Below are positions 1 through 11,939 of a DNA stretch of 64,000 nt, piece by piece. The translations under genes were made by a program, and so were the position numbers. The number at the start of each line of letters is the position of its first letter. Position 1 is the first letter of the stretch. The stretch is from Takakia lepidozioides (lineage: Eukaryota > Plantae > Bryophyta). Under the pieces are notes generated by a model. The model searched no databases, had not been told where the DNA came from, and worked only from the letters and a program-made list of their open reading frames with translations. The stretch is taken from positions 28,148,001-28,212,000 of the forward strand of contig CM060733.1 in NCBI GenBank assembly GCA_030704615.1. Reading direction: 5' to 3'.

Positions 1-3000
1 AGCAAAGAAAGCCAGACTATGAGTAGACAAATCACGATCGAACAGAAAAGAAAGGTTCAAGCTCTCAAGAAATGTCTAGGAGTCTGCCAAAAAAAGATTG
101 AAACCGCTTCCTGTGATGAGCATACCTTCCATACTTACCTTGAAGCACGCCAAGAACTTGAATCCTATCAATTCCTTCAAGAACAGAGAATGCAAATGCA
201 GGCGGGAATAAATTGGTCGGCCAAAGGCGAGAAAACGTCCAAGTATTTCTTTGAGAAAGTCAAACTACGCAAATCTCTTCAAAGATACAAGAATTTTACT
301 CGGACAACCAGGGCCACTCCACCTCAAATCCTAGGGCTATGTGCAGTCTTGCATTCTCCCACTTTCAGAAACTCTTCCAGGAAGACACCAAAGACCCCTT
401 GCACCATTCCAAATTGCAGGCATGCTTGCAAGTAGTGCCCCGCAAACTTCAACCAAAAGAATTCTCTTATCTAGGGGAGGACTTCACGGGTATGGAGCTT
501 CAGGATGCACTGAACAAGATGAACAATAACAAAGCACCTGGCATCGATGGCATGCCAGTGGAGTTCTACAAAGCCCTCTGGTCACACATTGCGGTTGACT
601 TTGCTGCTCTGGCTAATGCAATTAAAGCCCAGGGCCTGATGCCTCCTTCAATGTCCCATGGAGTCATTTCACTCTTGTTCAAAAAGGGCGACAGAGCTAG
701 CATAAACAACTACAGGCCAATCACACTCCTCAATGTAGCATACAAGATAATTGCCAAAGCTCCGGCTCTTCGTATCCAGCCCCTTCTCCCTCAGCTTATC
801 AGGACAGGACAGGCTGGTTTTATTAAAGGCCGAAGGTACATTCTTGACAACATCCTTTTGGCTCAAGAAGCCTCCTCATATGCTTCCAGAAACAACCAGG
901 CCCTGGCCCTATGGTTGCTAGATTTTGAGAAAGCCTTCGACAAGGTAGATTGGACCTTCCTGCTGGTGGTTCTTCGAAAGACAGGCATCCCAGAAAACTT
1001 TTGTCAATGGGTTCAAATCCTTCTATACCAATCCACTAGCAGAGTCATGGTCAATGGCCATCTCTCCGCTCCTTTTTCTCTCCACAGGTCAGTTAGACAA
1101 GGACGCCCGTTGTCTCCCTTTCTTTTCTTGTTTGTGGCTGACACCCTAGGTTACCTGCTGGACTCTGAAGCTTCGGTGCAAGGCCTCAGGATAAAAAAAA
1201 CCCTAGGTCTGGGCTCCAAATCCAAGTAAAAGACTCTATGTTTGTTGACGATACATTTTTACTACTTGATGCCACCCCCAACACCCTATAGGCAGCCCAT
1301 GATACATTAACCTAGTTCTGTGAGGTCTCCGGCTTCAGGGTCAACTGGAGTAAGACCAATGCAATCTTGGTGGGAGACCTCGCACAATCGGAAATAGGCG
1401 ATAACCCCTCATGGGGGGCTGAAATAGGTCTAATATGGCTGGCATCGGGCGAGTCAACAACACTGCTGGGATACGCTTTTGGTAAAGACCTTACAGAGAA
1501 CCAAAGAATGGGGCCCATTCTAGCCATGCTCAAGAGAAAATTAACTTACCGGGGATCACGCTTTCTCTCCATTACAGGAAGAGCTTTGGTGGCAAACCAA
1601 GTGCTCGAGGCAGGCATTTGGTACTTTGCCTCCACTTGGGGCCTGGATTCGTTGTTCCTAAACGAGGTTAAAAGATGCGTGAGAAACTTCATTTGGGAGC
1701 AAACTGTTCAACACAGAACAAAAGACCCCAGGTGTCATGGAGGCAAATTGCCTCCCAAAGAAGAGGGGGGGTTTAGGTATCTTGGACCCAGAAATGCAAA
1801 TCCACGCTTTGCTGGGCAAATGGCTGCCCAGATTTCTAGGGCCCGAAGGCGGGTGGTGGAAGCTTCTGGTGGAAGAAAACATAGCATTTACCTCACCTCT
1901 CCTGAGCACTCACTGGAAACAATCCACCGGGTGGATAACCCAGGGATTCAATCACAAATCAGTGGGATCGCCTTTATGGAAATCTATTTGGAAAGCCTGG
2001 AAAAGATTTAGGCCATTTCTGCTCAAGTCGGAGCCTGCCACCTTCCAAGAAACAATGAGGCAACATCTTTTCCTTAATACATCAAATCCAACCCCTCTAG
2101 AGAGAGCACAAGCTAGACGATGGGTAGCATGGGAAACGAGAGGTTTCTCGCAAGTAACTCACTTATGGGACAGCAACCCGGATTCCCTTAGGATGGCGCT
2201 GGGTCAAAACAGGCTGGTAGCTGGAATCCAAACCATCATCCGCTCTATCCCAGATCAATGGAAGACAATCCTACGGGGTGGCAAGGAAATCCATAAAGAA
2301 CATCAATGGGTCAATTCCATCAACCAACCTTTTTCGGTGATGTATGTGATAGCAGCCACACAGACATCGCTCTCAGGCTATGGGTTCCTGGCAGACTCCT
2401 TCTCGGGCTTCCTTTCACTTTTCTCTACTCAACCCCAATCCCTGGACAGTTCACAGGCCACCCCAGTTAGAATCTGCCATTGGTCTGGCAAGGAGAAAGA
2501 GTTCAACCCTTCGGCTCCCTTGGACAAACCGATAATGCATTGGATTCAAGCCAACTCTTTCACCCGAATAGGAAATGGGCAGATCCAAGATCTTCCAATC
2601 GACCCTGGTGAATGGGAGTGGAACTTAGATGGGGCTTGCTCTAAGTTCTTCTCCTACTCAACCAAGAATGCATACAGATCTCTCATCAAAGCAACAGGTC
2701 TAACTGCAAAGTGGAATGACAAATGGAATTTGGAGGGTTTCGATGAAGAGAATTGGGATATTATATGGGGCCTGGTCTGGGAAAAAACAAAACCAACAAA
2801 GCTCAGTGCTTTCCTGTGGCAAATCACCAACAGGGTCTTTAAGGTTGGGCAATTCCCAATCCTAAACGTCCAGGAGGCCTTTCTTTGTACTTGCTGCCAC
2901 ATTGGAATTATAGAAACGATGGAGCACTGCCTAATTTCTTGCCAGGGACCAACCCTCATTTGGCCATATATTGTCACATTTTATGCAGGTTGGGGCCCTC

Positions 3001-3939
3001 TCCCTGCAGGCAGAGTAGAGTTACTCCCGAACTACAACAAGCAATCTAAATCAGTTGCGAACCACTCGGGCCGCCTAACAAAACATCTGCCCAGTTTTTG
3101 AAACCCTGAGAGGAGCCACTCTATGGCAATTGTGGAAAGCTAGAAGCTCCTGGTCTATGCAACATCTTAACTCAACTGTATCTGCTGTGCTTACGAGGAT
3201 CTTCTTTGAACTCACTGTAGCAGCTAAGTTGGCATGGAAAAAAGTCTGTGCAGGCATTACCAGGAAGCCAGAACGAGAACAGGCTCTCTTGCAGCAGTTC
3301 AATTCCACCTGGGGGAGAGGGGATCTCATCTGCTCCTGCAGGGGTCCTGACTCCTGTGTCTGGCCTCGGCAAATCCCCTCTCAATGGAGGGGACACCGAA
3401 CCCTCCTCTTCCGCTTCCCCAAAGTTTGACAAAACGGACATCAACTGGAAGCATGTGAGGACCTCCACGAAGACCAGGCTGGACTACAGCTCCTAAATTC
3501 CACAGCACAGGCTCTACCACATTAAATCTATAGGCTCTTGTTCAGGTTATCTGGTGTATCAAAACCCCTCGATCATTTAGACTCGTAGTTTCATACCTCG
3601 TAGTCTAGTGTGTATCTGACCTTCGAGATATCTCTAGGTTGTGTCACTCTAGTTGACGTCATTGCTCTAAGTCTCCTCACGGAGCCAGACTACACTTCTT
3701 TAGCTCAGCTAATCGTATTACTTTGACTCAAAACACAGGGCCAGGTCTCACTTGTTTAGCTTAGCTAATCGTATTGCTCTTCGGGATATCCGTTACGTTT
3801 ACTGTGAGACAAGCCTAATGGCGGCCAAAGGCCAACCAAGGGTTTTAATTTTTTTCCCTTTAATAATCTCAATAAAATTCGACTACAGGGCACCGTTCCC
3901 TACTCTCCCCCCTGAAAAAAAAAAAAAAAAAAAAAAAAA
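1..3939 (+). mobile_element. L1/Tx1-type LINE (LINE-A): ORF2 to poly(A) tail, degenerate, 5' part outside window
   Basis: Frameshifted ORFs 19-435, 339-1229, 1367-2011, 1737-3101 and 3130-3429 contain non-LTR RT motifs (KAPGIDG, NYRPITLLN, LDFEKAFDKV, VRQGxPLSP, FVDD) and a C-terminal zf-RVT-like CTCC..ETMEHCLISC. AATAAA at 3871-3876; A25 at 3915-3939. Confidence 0.93.
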
Positions 3940-4859
3940 CCAATGACTTTTAAAACCAGGAAAGATAGAGAGCTCCGCGTTTCGCAGTGAGAGGAGAGTC
4001 CAACGGTCTCTTCGTCTCTCTCCTCCGGCCAGGCGACTCAACGATCTACGGACTGATTTTCAGGAGCGAATAAGGTCCTGTGTATTGGAGGCTGCATTTA
4101 GTAGGAAGTTTTTTTCTTCTCCCATTTGATTTGATACCTTTTTAAGCGAAAGGGGTTCATTCCAGAGGCTTTTTCCTTATCATCACTCATACTTCATCTC
4201 TTCCTATCTTCATCCCAGACAAGTTTATTTCGCGAATTCATACATCACCATCAATAGCACGACGACGTGCTCAGGGAGGCGGCCGTCACCATTTATGTTG
4301 TCTCCCTTCACCCATGTCAACCTCATTATATCCTACGCTAGCACCCCAGCTTAGCTGTCACCCTCCCGCGCTCTCGAACAAAGTCCACAACCTTTACGCA
4401 GTATCATCGCAGACACCTCTAATCGCCTCCCCGCTATATTGTGCATTAGGCTTATCGTTGTCAAGTTCCCTTGTTTCTTTCTAGTAAACTTCATCTATAT
4501 CCTGGTCTGGTTTCTGTATTAGTTCTCTCTTTCGATGGACACACCCATGACCGACAGTTCTAAGTTCGAAGTTCTAATTTTCAGTATCATCTCTAGTTCT
4601 CTCACAACTTTAGCTAATCAGTCCTTGCTATAGTTCGCATCAGGTTTCTAATAGTCAACTCCTTTCGCTTCTCTCTCACTGTCTCTCTACAATATAATTT
4701 AGAACTATGCGACTAAGAGCTTCTATCGAGCGACATAAAGGAGTAGAAGGGAGACGGGGCTGGGAAATAGATGAAAATTGCAGCTCATCTGTAGTTCAGT
4801 CGCTGTCCTAGCGAACCCAAGTTTTTATCCTAGCTCGAAATCCTTTTTATCCCAGCGCC

Positions 4860-6260
4860 ATGGCTCCCACAAACTCACAGTTCGGGTCCAGAGGTCGTGG
4901 CTACGGTATAGGGAGGAGGCAGCCTCGGGCAAACCCCGTCCCCAGGGCCCACCTATCCTCAGGGATGGGCTTCTTCCAGGCACACCAGGCCCAATTGCAA
5001 GGTAACTTCAATCACAGGGCCACGCAGGTCTGGCAGCCTAGAGGCCCCCCCAGGAAGATCCCTACACCAACGATGGCCCATAGGCAGGGACCTGGAACAT
5101 ACCGGAATCACAACCATCATCTTCTGAACTCCCCTCCCTTCAACGAGCTGGCGCATATGCAGATTCAAGGTTCGACACTATACTAAGCTAAAGCAGAGCA
5201 GCAACAGAGCCCCCATCACCTCTCAGACCAGATGATCGATCTTCACATAACTCTAGAAGCCCTCTAGAGGGAGTTCCCTCTGATCTCCATGGACATGGAA
5301 GACCTTGAGACCAGAGTCACAGACATGGAAAAATTCGGAATTCTGGTACATTTCCTTGGAAGGAAGGTGAAAGGGCAGCCGTAAGAGATTGGGCAATCAG
5401 ATATATGGGGGCCTCAAGGGAACTGAAACAACAATTTTGACATGCTAAAGGTAGGGGTTTTCTTTTCCATAGTTTCTGAAACTGAGGAAGCAGCATCACA
5501 GGCCCTCTCCTTTAATCCGCATGTACATGGGTTTAACGTTCACATCTTTCCATGGTCCTCGAAAATGGGGCACAGAAATAGAAAGCTCTGGGGACCCAGG
5601 ATTGTGTCCTTACCCTTCATCCCAGATCAATACCTTATGCATTTTGGATCGTATCTGGGATGCGTAGGGGTGTTTGACCCACTCATGAGCACCAACCTCA
5701 TCAGACAGAACGCAGCATGGAAATCAGCAACTATTGCATCCAGACTAAATGACACAGGGCATGCAAAAATGGTCTTATCAATGCCTGATAAAGACACCCT
5801 TCCGGATTTTGTGCGTCTACCAATAGACAGAGAGGGAAACTACTTCACCACGAGGCTGATTGAAGATACAACTTACTCCGCATGCTTCAATTGCGGCATG
5901 CAAGGTCATATCAAGGCAAACTGCACGCAGAGGAAAAGGAAAAGGGTAGTAAGACTGAGCAAGGCTGAGGCCTCCCACCCCATTGAAGGAGGAGAATCAC
6001 CAGTCAGTACCTCCCCAGGGATAGAGAGGCCTATCCAGAAACCAAGAACAGCTGAAGCTAACCCAGAACTGGTGGAGGATGTCCAGCTCAACCCACAGCA
6101 CAGGCAAATGCTGTCTAGAGGGGAAGCGGAGGACCCTATGATCCTGGAATCACGCAACTACGAGCTGGCACAAGGTAATCTACACAACAAGCAAAAATCG
6201 CAGGAAAATCCCTCCCCCTTTGGAAATTGTAACAGAGTTCTTAAACCCCATGCAGCCTAC
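4860..6260 (+). pseudogene. LINE-B ORF1 (gag-like, CCHC zinc knuckle), disrupted
   Basis: ORFs 4860-5186 and 5442-6347 with CFNCGMQGHIKANC knuckle, followed by a basic low-complexity tail. Preceded by a pyrimidine-rich putative 5' UTR (~3940-4859). Confidence 0.75.
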
Positions 6261-6647
6261 AGTCCTCCTATAGTGTCCATTTTTTGCTGTCACAACACTG
6301 TTTTTTCTAGACATAGAATATTGGTAAATTATCATATTCCTACATGACAATGCCATCAATAAAAATGGACTAATATATAGAGGCTCATCTACATATACTT
6401 TCACACTTTTAAATCTCATTATCAAAAACCAGAATCTGTAGATGCTATGGACTTTTAAAAAGTCCATAAGGAATTGTCACAGTCCATAAAAAAGACGTTA
6501 TGGACTTTTTTAATATAGGAGTTAGAACAAAGTCAAGAAAATGGACTCTCTCAACCTTGCTTTGGAGAATGAGGAATCTGGAAGGAAAAATATCATTAAA
6601 AAATATGAAGTTAAAAAAAAATTATATACTATATTGAGCCTAAAAAA

Positions 6648-7018
6648 TGTTGGAATTCGACAGAGAATAGAGATAAAAGATGAATTGATTACTGAGAACT
6701 CTCCACCCAACCATAGGACCACAACAAGCTGTGTGTCCACCCTCCGAGCTCTCCATATTTATACTCAAAGTCTAATCCAGAAATAGCTGAGATAACTATA
6801 ACATAACTCCATGCTTTTACTTAAGTTATCTCCACTTGCTATTCTGGTACAATGACTTGAGTCACTAATAACTAAAGCTAACTTTAACTATCTTTTAGTT
6901 AACTGAGGCTTATCTCTATTGTTAACTGTGACTTGTCAGCATTGCTATTACGGAAGCCTGACTTGTCATCACAGTAACTTTAGGTAGTAGTAACTTGGTC
7001 AGGAATTGATTTCCAACA
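6648..7018 (-). repeat. Copia 3' LTR (371 bp)
   Basis: Direct repeat of 21972-22327 (about 16 substitutions and one ~15-bp indel, counted by eye); TG...CA ends. Confidence 0.95.
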
Positions 7019-7700
7019 CCCCCACTCAACGAGTTACCAAGTTAAGCACTTGACTACTCCCATTAAGCCTCGAAAGCGTTCAAGCTTTTCAGCACTAAGC
7101 CCTTTTGCCAGTATGTCTGCAACCATGTTGTTGGTGTTGCAATATACAAGCTTGACAACTCCAGCTTCAGTCTTCTCTGACAGAGCCTGATCAATACATG
7201 ATCACATGATCTCTTTCAGAGCCACCATCTCAAACCTCTTTGAGATATCACTTTGTTTTTCTCAACAAAGCAATACATGATCATAGGATCTCTTTCAGAT
7301 CCACCATCTCAAACTTCATTGAGATATCGCTTTGTCTTTTTCAACAAAGCCTGATCAATACATGATCATGATCTTTTTCAGATCCACTATTTCAAACTCC
7401 TTTGAGATATTACTCTGTATGTGTTTCAACAAAGCCAAGTCATTAAAGACCAAAATCAGATTATCAACGTACAGTGTTATGATCACAAAAGAGTTTCCAT
7501 GAGCTATCTTATAGTAAACACTATAATCAGCAGAATTCCTCTCAAACTCTTCAGCCATGAAATATGCATCAATCTTAGCATTCCATGCCCTAGGGGATTA
7601 CTTCAAACCATACAAGGACTTGATGAGCTTACACACCTCTTTTTTTTTACAGCAAATCCCTCCGGCTGGTCCATGTATATTTTTTCCATAAGATCTCCAT

Positions 7701-7787
7701 TGTCGTGCGCATACGTATCGCTACACAACTACATCGTTGTCCAAACCACACCACACATATATGCACAATAAAGTAGTCTGCCACAAT
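7701..7787 (-). repeat. Gypsy terminal repeat A (outer copy, 87 bp)
   Basis: Matches 8146-8232 with 2 mismatches. Confidence 0.93.
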
Positions 7788-8143
7788 TGATAGAACAAGC
7801 TAAGAGACACACTGTTCACACCAGAAACAACATGAAATCCATCGCTATCACTCGTTAAAACAGAAGTCGAGCTAGGGGCACCCCAAGCTATGGGGACTCT
7901 ACCCCACAACAACCTATACTCCCATCATAAGCACACTCAGTCCTAAATGATGCAGGAGCTCGGTCGCGCAGGCTCAACTTGAGAGAGATGAGCTGCGCGA
8001 CTGCTGCTCTCGTGAAGATAAGGCGGTTCAGGTATCAAACTAAACTTGACACCTGACTTAACACTTGACCTAAATCCAAGTGTTAAATACAAATAACTAG
8101 CTTTATTCTAGTTGTTTTCACATTGTGCTTATTTAACTTGACA
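7788..8143 (-). repeat. Gypsy terminal repeat B (3' copy, 356 bp)
   Basis: Matches 19514-19869 with about 13 substitutions, nearly all transitions. Confidence 0.95.
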
Positions 8144-8145
8144 GC

Positions 8146-8232
8146 TGTCGTGCGCATACGTATCGCTACACAACTACATCGCTGTCCAAACCACACCACA
8201 CATGTATGCACAATAAAGTAGTCTGCCACAAT
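8146..8232 (-). repeat. Gypsy terminal repeat A (inner copy, directly after the PPT)
   Basis: Matches 7701-7787. Preceded on the minus strand by the PPT-like TAGGGGGGCG (8242-8233). Confidence 0.93.
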
Positions 8233-8480
8233 CGCCCCCCTAGCTGGTGGGTAGGTCCTTCTACCTCCAGATAGCTACAAGATGTAATAGCCACAGCCGT
8301 ACTAAGTCCTCCCTATTGCACTCAAACTCTATAGACCAAGAGGCCGAGTACAAGAGTAGCCCCATCGTTAGTCGCCATCTTGCAATCTGTGAACTTGAGC
8401 CAAGACCTCGTGTGTTCAAGGTCTCATAGTAGCTGGGCCTTGCGTTTCTTGTTAGTTTTCCATGGTTGTATCCACTCCCA

Positions 8481-10175
8481 CTATCTAATGCAATGTGGAC
8501 ATAACCAATCCCCATCTGGAACCATCTCAAGAGGTGGAGTCAAGCATCCCATATGCCAACCTCTAGAGCATCGATCGTACACCAGCATGGTGGCTGCCCC
8601 TCTAGCAGACCCACACAACATGCACCTCAAACCTGCAGATACCACTGCCAAGTTTGGGTCTATCCTGCCATCGACATTCGGAAGGTGACATGGTGCACAA
8701 TTACACACATGGTCCTTCCAAGTTATGCCATCCCGACCCTCCAAGACCAAGACGCCTGAGGGCAAGACCTCTCGAACCCTCAAAATAACACGTCCTACAG
8801 TCACATCCAAGGTCGTAGGAGCAGTCTGCTGCAGATAGACGTAGTCACCAGGGTTGAATCTCCGAACCCCAGGACAATAGCCCCCACCACGTATGGTAGC
8901 ATACCTCAACGTATCACGGTGTTGTGCAATGGCAAGGTTCTCAAAAGCCATTGGCATGACTTTCTTGAACAACTCTGCACGCTGCTCACATGCACGTGCC
9001 CACACATCCGGATCGTCAAGGTTAAGAACTGTACCAGCTTCTCTGCGAATGGATGTAGGCAAATCCGGCTCTCGGCCAAAGAGAAAAAAGTATAGTGAGA
9101 AGGAGGCAAGTGATGCTTGCTTGCTGAACCTGTAGCCCATGGCTAACCAGGGTAACTGAAGGTCCCAATCTCCTAGGTGTCCCTTCTGCAAGCCATACTT
9201 GCGCAAACCCCTCTTTACTGTCTGAACAATTCTCTCTGCCAAGCCATCGGCTTCAGGATGATCCCGAGAAGTGGTGCGGTGGTCTATCAAGGCCTTGTCA
9301 CACAAAGCCTGAAATTCCCCCAAGAACTCTCTCCCTTGGTCCGTGAGTACCTCAGCTGGAGCACCGAATCAGCTAAGCACACAATCCAAGAATGCATACG
9401 CAGCTCTCTCACTAGCCTTATCAGGCAATGGAACCAATTCAATCCACTTGGAGAAGTGCTCCACCATCACCAACACGTACTTGTTGTGGCGCATGGTCAG
9501 TGGCAACGGCCCTGCGAAGTCAAGACTCCACCTGTAGCCCAATCCCATGATCGGAAGAGGGTGCAATTGTGGAGTAGGGGCGTTGAATGAAGCACGCACC
9601 CTGTCACACACCATGCACCTAGCCACAAATTGTTGCACCTCTGAGTGCATACCACACCACCAATACTGCCCCTGCAGTAGACTATAAGTGCGTCGCACCC
9701 CAAAATGCTCCAACTCCTCATGGGCATGCCGCACTAACCGTGCCCGCTGTGTTGGGTGAGGCACAATCCTCACTCGACCATCCTCCCACACTCGGAGCAG
9801 GTGTGTCCCCTCCCACTTGAACCTCTTGGCTCGTTGTAGGATCCAATCCCTCTCCTTGGCAGTCATAGTGGCTGCAGTGTCTCCAGTGCGGAGGTAGTCT
9901 AACACAACTGAATCCTCATGTATATCTTTGGCGCCACCTTGCTCATTGCTGGCCTTAGGGTCCTCAGACACTTGATCTACAGTCATCCCTGTTGCAGGTC
10001 CAACCTGGCCTTCCGCTGCCAAGATACACAGAAATGCAGATGCATGCCATCCGGGGACCATCTCCTCGTCCGTCTCACCATGCCACCGAGCTCCAGTGTC
10101 ATCCTGCTGGCTCGTGCATGGATTGCGACTCAACCCATCTGCATTGCGATTGACCAAACCCGGTCGATGCACCAC
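8481..10175 (-). pseudogene. Gypsy integrase with C-terminal PHD finger (one in-frame stop)
   Basis: Zinc finger H-x4-H...CMVC; catalytic D (WSLDFAGP), D (VLTDQGREF), E (GLAERIVQT). C-terminus CMLC...YDRC..WHMGCLTPPL..VPDGDWLCPHC. Stop at 9369-9371. Confidence 0.93.
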
Positions 10176-10208
10176 CTGAAAGTCATACTCTTGAAGGATG
10201 AGTGCCCA

Positions 10209-11501
10209 TCATGCAAGCTTCCCCGTAAGCTTGTCTGACTCCATCAACCACTTGAGTGGTTGGTGATCCGTGACAAGGGTGAAGAGATTGCCGTATAGAT
10301 AGCACCTGAAGTGTGCCACGGCCCACACTGCAGCTAAGCATTCTCCCTCATATGAGCTATACTTAGACTCAGCAGCATTGTTCGAGCGGCTAGCGTAAGC
10401 CACTACGAACTCTCTTCCCTCATCATCCACCTGTGTGAGCACCGCTCCAAGCCCCAGCATGCTCCAATCTGTATGCAGCTGAAAAGGACGCCCCCTGATA
10501 GGTCGTCTCAAGATGGGCGCCGAGGTCAACCTCGCCTTGAGCTCTTGAAAAGCTTGTTCTTGCTCATCTTCCCACTGCCACTCCTGGTCCACCTTGGTCA
10601 GCTTGGTTAGAGCCTTTGCAATGGCACTAAATCCCTTAACAAACCGTCTGTAATAGTTTGCTAACCCCATGAAAGCTCGAACTCGGCTCATATCCGTGGG
10701 GCGTGGAACCTGTGCAATGGACTCTACCTTAGTCCGCTGTACCCCCAATCCTCCAGGATATATCATGTGACCCAGATACTCAATCTGGTTGTGGAAAAAC
10801 TTGCACTTTCCTGGATGTAACTTCAATCCGTGCGTCCTCAAGCACTCAAATACCCCCTGAAGGTGTCTCTCATGCTCATCCACCGTAGCACTAAAGATGA
10901 TGATGTCATCTATGTAACACCGAGCAAACTCCACCCCTGCTAGAATCTTGTCCATGACCCTTTGAAACTCAGCAGGAGCGTTTTTAAGCCCAAATGGTAA
11001 GAACCGCCACTGGTATAGGCAATCCTTCCCATGCTCATTGATCCCCCAGAATGCCGTCTTTTGCTTATCCGCCTCCTTGATCGGCAACTGGTGATATCCA
11101 GATCGTAAATCCAACGTGCTAAAGACCTTGGAATGCCCAATGGCATCAAAGATCTCCTCTGGTGTCGGCATGGCATACCTATCGGACTTGGTCTGACGAT
11201 TTACAGGCCGGTAATCACCGCACATACGTCTCTCCGTCCTATTGCCATAGACATCCTTCTTGGCTGGCATCACTGTGGCTGAAGCATACTCTCCACCAGA
11301 GAGCTCCACCAAACCTGCCTCCCAAAGATCCTGAGTTCTCATCTGAATCAAGGACCTCTCCATGTCATTGTATCTATAGGGTCTCCGAAAGATTGGCGTG
11401 TCAGTAGCCAATTCAATGCGAATCTCTTGACCCTTCAGTGCTCCCAAGTCCTTCAAACTGAAGGCAAAGCAATTCCTGTAAGCCCTCAGGAACCGCCGCA
11501 T
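10209..11501 (-). pseudogene. Gypsy reverse transcriptase and RNase H
   Basis: RMCGDYRPVN, STLDLRSGYHQ, LPFGLKNAPA, YIDD; RNase H LHTDWS / GECLAAVWA / VTDH. Confidence 0.96.
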
Positions 11502-11939
11502 ACGTCGTCTCTCTCCTCCGGTGACAATGGGTCCAATATCAGGCTCCCAATTGTCCTCCGTAACTGCAACCTTAAGTCCAGTGGGCTTAGAGGTAGAGGA
11601 CGTGTCCCGTGGTTGCTATGCTGCAACCTCTTGAGCAGTACTCCCTTCCTGCTCAGTCAATGACAAGGCCTCATCCCGCCCCATCATCTAATGATTGAGA
11701 ACCTCCTCAACCCGAGAAGAATCCCCAACCTCATCCATCACAGCTGCCTTGGCTGCCAACTCCCTCTGGACCTCGAGCACCTCCCACGTGTGCCATGGAT
11801 GTCTACACCCCGTGGTCCTCACCGGCTCGCCCCCACTCGCTGCCTGTACCGTCTCGGTAGGCAGAGAGACCGTCAAGGGAAGTGCACTCCGCACTCTACG
11901 TTGCTCAGCCATAGCCAAGCTGATAATCCAGGTCAAGCA

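Noticed and set aside
7701-8232. A-B-A as an independent small element or a solo LTR inserted into an LTR
   Set aside because: No TSD flanks the inner B (AT on one side, GC on the other), and the CCAT TSD pairs the outer A with the distant B.
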